Origin: Elusimicrobiota bacterium
GTDB taxonomy: Bacteria > Elusimicrobiota > Elusimicrobia > UBA1565
Direction of reading: 5' to 3'
DNA length: 19,837 nucleotides
NCBI GenBank assembly: GCA_043827405.1
Contig: JBDRPD010000002.1
Span: 1 to 19,837 of the forward strand
A program made the translations under genes and the position numbers. Shown piece after piece: positions 16,105 to 19,837 of this stretch. Numbering within the stretch: the first letter of the stretch is position 1; each line of letters starts with the position of its first letter. Below the pieces are notes generated by a model that worked only from the letters and a program-made list of their open reading frames with translations, ran no database searches and was not told where the DNA came from.

Positions 16105-17754
16105 ATGACGCAGCATTCTGATTTCCTGGTTATTGGAAGCGGTATCGCGGGCTTTTCCGCGGCGCTTGAGCTGGCGCGGCTCGGGACGGTGCATATCGTC
16201 ACCAAGGGGGAGCCGGCCGCTTCCAGCAGCAGCCAGGCGCAGGGCGGCATCGCCGCCGTCATGGATAAGACCGACAGTTTCGCGGACCATGTGCGGGACA
16301 CGCTGGATGCCGGCGGCGGGCTCTGCAACGAGAAGGTCGTTCGCACGGTCGTCGCCGACGGCCCAAGCCGCATCCGCGAGCTCATGCGCATCGGCGTCCG
16401 CTTCACCGGGACGGGCCGCAAGCTCGACCTCGGCCTGGAAGGCGGACACTCGCACCGCCGCATTCTGCACTCCGAGGATATCACCGGACGGGAGATACAA
16501 CGCGCCCTCAGCGCCGCCTGCCGCAAGTCCCCGAATATCCACATTTTTGAGGACCACACGGCCGTCGACCTTCTCTTGGCCGAAGACCCCGCCGAAACCG
16601 GGGCGGCCGCCAACCGCTGCCGGGGCGCCTATGTGCTCAATGGACCGTCGGGAGAAGTCATCGCATTCTCGGCCTCCGTAACGATTCTGTCGACGGGCGG
16701 TGCGGGGAAGGTCTACCTGTACACCTCCAATCCCGACATCGCGAGCGGCGACGGTATGGCCATGGCGTACCGCGCGGGGGCGGAGCTTCGCAACCTGGAA
16801 TTCGTACAGTTTCATCCGACCTGCCTGTACAACCCCGGCGAATCCCACGAGCAGGGGCGGCGCTTTCTCCTCTCGGAGGCGCTGCGCGGAGAGGGCGGGG
16901 TGCTGCTGCTTGCCGACGGCACGCGTTTCATGGGCAAGTACGACAAGCGCGGCGAGCTGGCGCCGCGGGACATCGTCGCACGCGCGATCGATACCGAGAT
17001 GAAGCAGCGGGGCGAGGAATGCGTATATCTCGATATGACGTCCCGCAGCCGGCAGTTCCTGCGCCGGCGCTTTCCCAACATCTACGCCCATTGCAAAGAC
17101 ATCGGCCTCGACATGGCCAAGGAGCCGATTCCCGCCGTGCCGGCGGCCCACTTCTTCTGCGGCGGGGTGCAGACCGGCGCCGACGGCTCCACGGATATTC
17201 CCGGGCTGTTCGCAATCGGCGAGGTCGCTCATACCGGGCTGCACGGTGCGAACCGGTTGGCATCGAACTCCCTTTTGGAAGGCTCGGTCCTCGCGCACCG
17301 CGCCTGCGCCTGCATCAAGGCCCGGTGGAAAAACCTGCGCCTGCGCGCAGCCCCCGCCGTCGACCCCTGGGACCCCGGCAAAGCCGTATTATCGGACGAG
17401 GGCGTCGTCGTACGGCAGAACTGGGATGAGCTGCGGCGCTTGATGTGGAACTATGTCGGGATCGTGCGCAGCGACCGGCGGCTCAACAGCGCCCTGTCGC
17501 GCATCCAAGTGATCAGCCGCGACGTATCTGATTACTATTGGAAATTTCTGCTGACCCGCGACCTGATCGAATTGCGCAACATCGCGCTCCTGGCGGAGAT
17601 GATTATAACCTGCGCGCTGTCGCGCAAAGAGAGCCGGGGGCTGCATTTCAACAAGGATTACCCGCAAGCGGGCGCCGTCGCGAAGGACTCCATCGTCTCG
17701 CGGTATCTGAGCGGACAAAAGAGCCTCGGCAAGCAGGAAGCCGCGCGCAGATAA
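16105..17754 (+). CDS. nadB: L-aspartate oxidase
   Basis: [11 protein letters not shown] motif, [28 protein letters not shown]...[53 protein letters not shown]. Confidence 0.96.
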   Translation: MTQHSDFLVIGSGIAGFSAALELARLGTVHIVTKGEPAASSSSQAQGGIAAVMDKTDSFADHVRDTLDAGGGLCNEKVVRTVVADGPSRIRELMRIGVRFTGTGRKLDLGLEGGHSHRRILHSEDITGREIQRALSAACRKSPNIHIFEDHTAVDLLLAEDPAETGAAANRCRGAYVLNGPSGEVIAFSASVTILSTGGAGKVYLYTSNPDIASGDGMAMAYRAGAELRNLEFVQFHPTCLYNPGESHEQGRRFLLSEALRGEGGVLLLADGTRFMGKYDKRGELAPRDIVARAIDTEMKQRGEECVYLDMTSRSRQFLRRRFPNIYAHCKDIGLDMAKEPIPAVPAAHFFCGGVQTGADGSTDIPGLFAIGEVAHTGLHGANRLASNSLLEGSVLAHRACACIKARWKNLRLRAAPAVDPWDPGKAVLSDEGVVVRQNWDELRRLMWNYVGIVRSDRRLNSALSRIQVISRDVSDYYWKFLLTRDLIELRNIALLAEMIITCALSRKESRGLHFNKDYPQAGAVAKDSIVSRYLSGQKSLGKQEAARR

Positions 17755-19837
17755 TGGACCACATCCGTATCATCGGCGCCCGACAGCACAATCTTAAGAA
17801 TATCCGCCTCAATATCCCGCGCGGCAAAATCACCGTAGTTACCGGGCTGTCCGGCTCCGGGAAATCCAGCCTCGCCTTCGACACCCTGTACGCGGAAGGC
17901 CAGCGGCGCTACGTGGAAAGCCTGTCGGCATATGCCCGGCAATTTCTCGAGATGATGGATAAGCCGGATGTCGATCTAATCGAGGGCCTGTCGCCCGCGA
18001 TATCCATCGAGCAGCGCAGCCCTTCGCGCAACCCCCGTTCAACGGTCGCCACGGTCACCGAGATATACGACTACCTGCGGCTGCTGTTTGCACGCATCGG
18101 TCAGCCGCACTGCACACAGTGCGGAAAGGCCATCCACGCGCAGTCCCCCTCCGCCATTATCAAGGAGGTCCTGCGTGAATTCGCGAACCGCCCAGTTACC
18201 GTACTAGCGCCTTTGGTGCGCGGACGCAAGGGCACATACGAGGAGCTGTTTGCCCGGCTCAAGCGGGCAGGATACATTTCCGTCCGCGTGAACGGCGACC
18301 TCAGCGAGCTGGACGCTGTTCCCGCGCTCAGCCGCCAGCAAAAGCACTCGATCGAGTTGGTAGTCGACAAGCTGAAGGTCTCCGCCGATGATCGTGAGCG
18401 TTTGGCGGATTCGATCGAGATAGCTCTCAAGGAATCCAAGGGGCTGGTCCTGATCCGCAACGGCCAGAGCCGCGGCGACGAGCGGCTGTATTCCGAACAC
18501 CATGCCTGTCCCGACTGCGGCGTCAGCCTGCCGGAGCTGGAACCCCGTCTATTTTCCTTCAACTCGCCGTACGGCGCCTGTCCCGAGTGCGACGGGCTCG
18601 GAGTACGCACGGTCATCGACGAAAAGCTCGTCATCCCCGACTCTTCGCTGTCGGTCGCGGAGGGAGCGATCGCTGCCTGGTCGGACCCGGTAACAACGCG
18701 CACCAATCGCTGGAAGCGCTCCTGGGGAGGGTACTACGACGAGATACTCGAGCAAGTCTGCCGCCAGCAGCGCATCCCCATGGACCAGCCGTTCAAGTCG
18801 CTGAGCCCCGAGCAGCGCAACATCCTCCTGTACGGCGGCGGGAGCTACAAAATCCACTGGGCCCGCAACGCCAAGGATTTCGAGGGCGTCGTCGGCAATC
18901 TCCGGCGGCGTCTCGCCGAGTCGGAATCCGACTTCGTGAAGGAGGAGATCCCGCGCCGCTTTATGCAGGAAATCCAGTGCGCACGCTGCCGCGGCACGCG
19001 CCTGCGGGAAGAGGCGCGCAGCGTCCGTGTCGGCGGGCATACCATCGTCGAACTAACCAAGCTTTCGGTCGCAGCCGCGCGGGACTTCTTTACCCAGCTA
19101 AAGACCACCGCGAAAGACAAGGTTATAGCGCGGCAGATCCTCAAGGAAATCCACGCCCGGCTCGACTTCCTGCTCAACGTGGGCCTCGATTACCTGACAC
19201 TGGACCGCCGCTCGCAGACGCTGGCCGGCGGCGAAGCGCAACGCATTCACCTGGCCACCCAGATCGGCTCGGGGCTCACCGGCGTTCTCTATGTCCTGGA
19301 CGAACCTTCGATCGGCCTGCACCCGCGCGATAATTCCCGCCTGCTGAAGACGCTCAAGCGCCTGCGCGACCTCGGCAACACGCTGGTGGTCGTGGAGCAC
19401 GACGAGGAGACGATCCGGGCAGCGGACCGCATCATCGATCTCGGACCCGGCGCCGGGATTCATGGCGGAAGCGTCGTGGCCGAGGGCTCGCTGGCAAAAA
19501 TCCTCGCATCCAAGAAATCCCTGACGGCCCGCTACCTGAACGGTGAGCGCATCATTCGGCGGCAGGGACCGCTGCGGGAACCGTCGCAGTTCCTGCGCAT
19601 CAGCAAGGCTTCCCAGTTCAACCTCAAAAATATCGATGCCGCCATTCCGTTAGGGCTGTTCACCTGCGTGACGGGAGTCTCCGGATCGGGCAAATCCACG
19701 CTGGTACACGAAGTGCTCTATAAAGCCCTGGCCAAGCGCCTTGACCGCGCGAAGGAGACACCGGGCGCGCATGCCGGCATCGAGAACATCGAGCGAATCG
19801 ACAAGGCGATCGTAATCGATCAAAGTCCGATCGGCCG
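17754..19837 (+). CDS. uvrA: Excinuclease ABC subunit A, 3'-partial
   Basis: Absent from the ORF track because it runs off the window. Read from ATG 17754: [16 protein letters not shown]...[66 protein letters not shown], second Walker [10 protein letters not shown], ending DQSPIG in the same frame. Confidence 0.97.
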   Translation, partial: MDHIRIIGARQHNLKNIRLNIPRGKITVVTGLSGSGKSSLAFDTLYAEGQRRYVESLSAYARQFLEMMDKPDVDLIEGLSPAISIEQRSPSRNPRSTVATVTEIYDYLRLLFARIGQPHCTQCGKAIHAQSPSAIIKEVLREFANRPVTVLAPLVRGRKGTYEELFARLKRAGYISVRVNGDLSELDAVPALSRQQKHSIELVVDKLKVSADDRERLADSIEIALKESKGLVLIRNGQSRGDERLYSEHHACPDCGVSLPELEPRLFSFNSPYGACPECDGLGVRTVIDEKLVIPDSSLSVAEGAIAAWSDPVTTRTNRWKRSWGGYYDEILEQVCRQQRIPMDQPFKSLSPEQRNILLYGGGSYKIHWARNAKDFEGVVGNLRRRLAESESDFVKEEIPRRFMQEIQCARCRGTRLREEARSVRVGGHTIVELTKLSVAAARDFFTQLKTTAKDKVIARQILKEIHARLDFLLNVGLDYLTLDRRSQTLAGGEAQRIHLATQIGSGLTGVLYVLDEPSIGLHPRDNSRLLKTLKRLRDLGNTLVVVEHDEETIRAADRIIDLGPGAGIHGGSVVAEGSLAKILASKKSLTARYLNGERIIRRQGPLREPSQFLRISKASQFNLKNIDAAIPLGLFTCVTGVSGSGKSTLVHEVLYKALAKRLDRAKETPGAHAGIENIERIDKAIVIDQSPIG

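Noticed and set aside
16069..17298. 409-aa antisense ORF over nadB
   Set aside because: Shadow of nadB codon bias; no domain features.
17839..19463. Short ORFs listed in the final 2 kb
   Set aside because: All lie in alternative frames or antisense to uvrA, which spans the region.
1..19837. CRISPR array, tRNA/rRNA, IS or prophage elements
   Set aside because: Window is almost fully coding; the largest gap is about 140 bp; no repeat-spacer array or transposase/integrase motifs were seen.

Overview
High-GC bacterial chromosomal window of mostly core genes; gene order and protein style suggest a Gram-negative organism, possibly Elusimicrobiota (inference). 1-8749 (+): tightly packed LPS cluster: partial O-antigen ligase-like gene, gmhB, DUF3108-like protein, heptose-7-P kinase, kdsB, pyrG, kdsA, a small Zn-ribbon/TM protein, lptC, an lptA-like gene and lptB. 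8739-10428 (-): DUF2914-like membrane protein and a SAM methyltransferase. 10571-12520 (+): 12-TM MFS permease carrying an unexpected signal peptide and ~180-aa leader, behind a repeat-bearing divergent promoter. 12530-15993 (-): five genes joined by 4-nt overlaps (gamma-carbonic anhydrase-like, degenerate histidine kinase, stand-alone receiver, HhH-GPD glycosylase, TPR protein). 16105-end (+): nadB coupled to a partial uvrA. No RNA genes, CRISPR arrays or mobile elements were recognised. Best leads: the signal-peptide MFS and its promoter repeats, the pseudo-kinase operon, a probable non-canonical start for a lipoprotein-type LptC, and a candidate NrtR-like operator at nadB.
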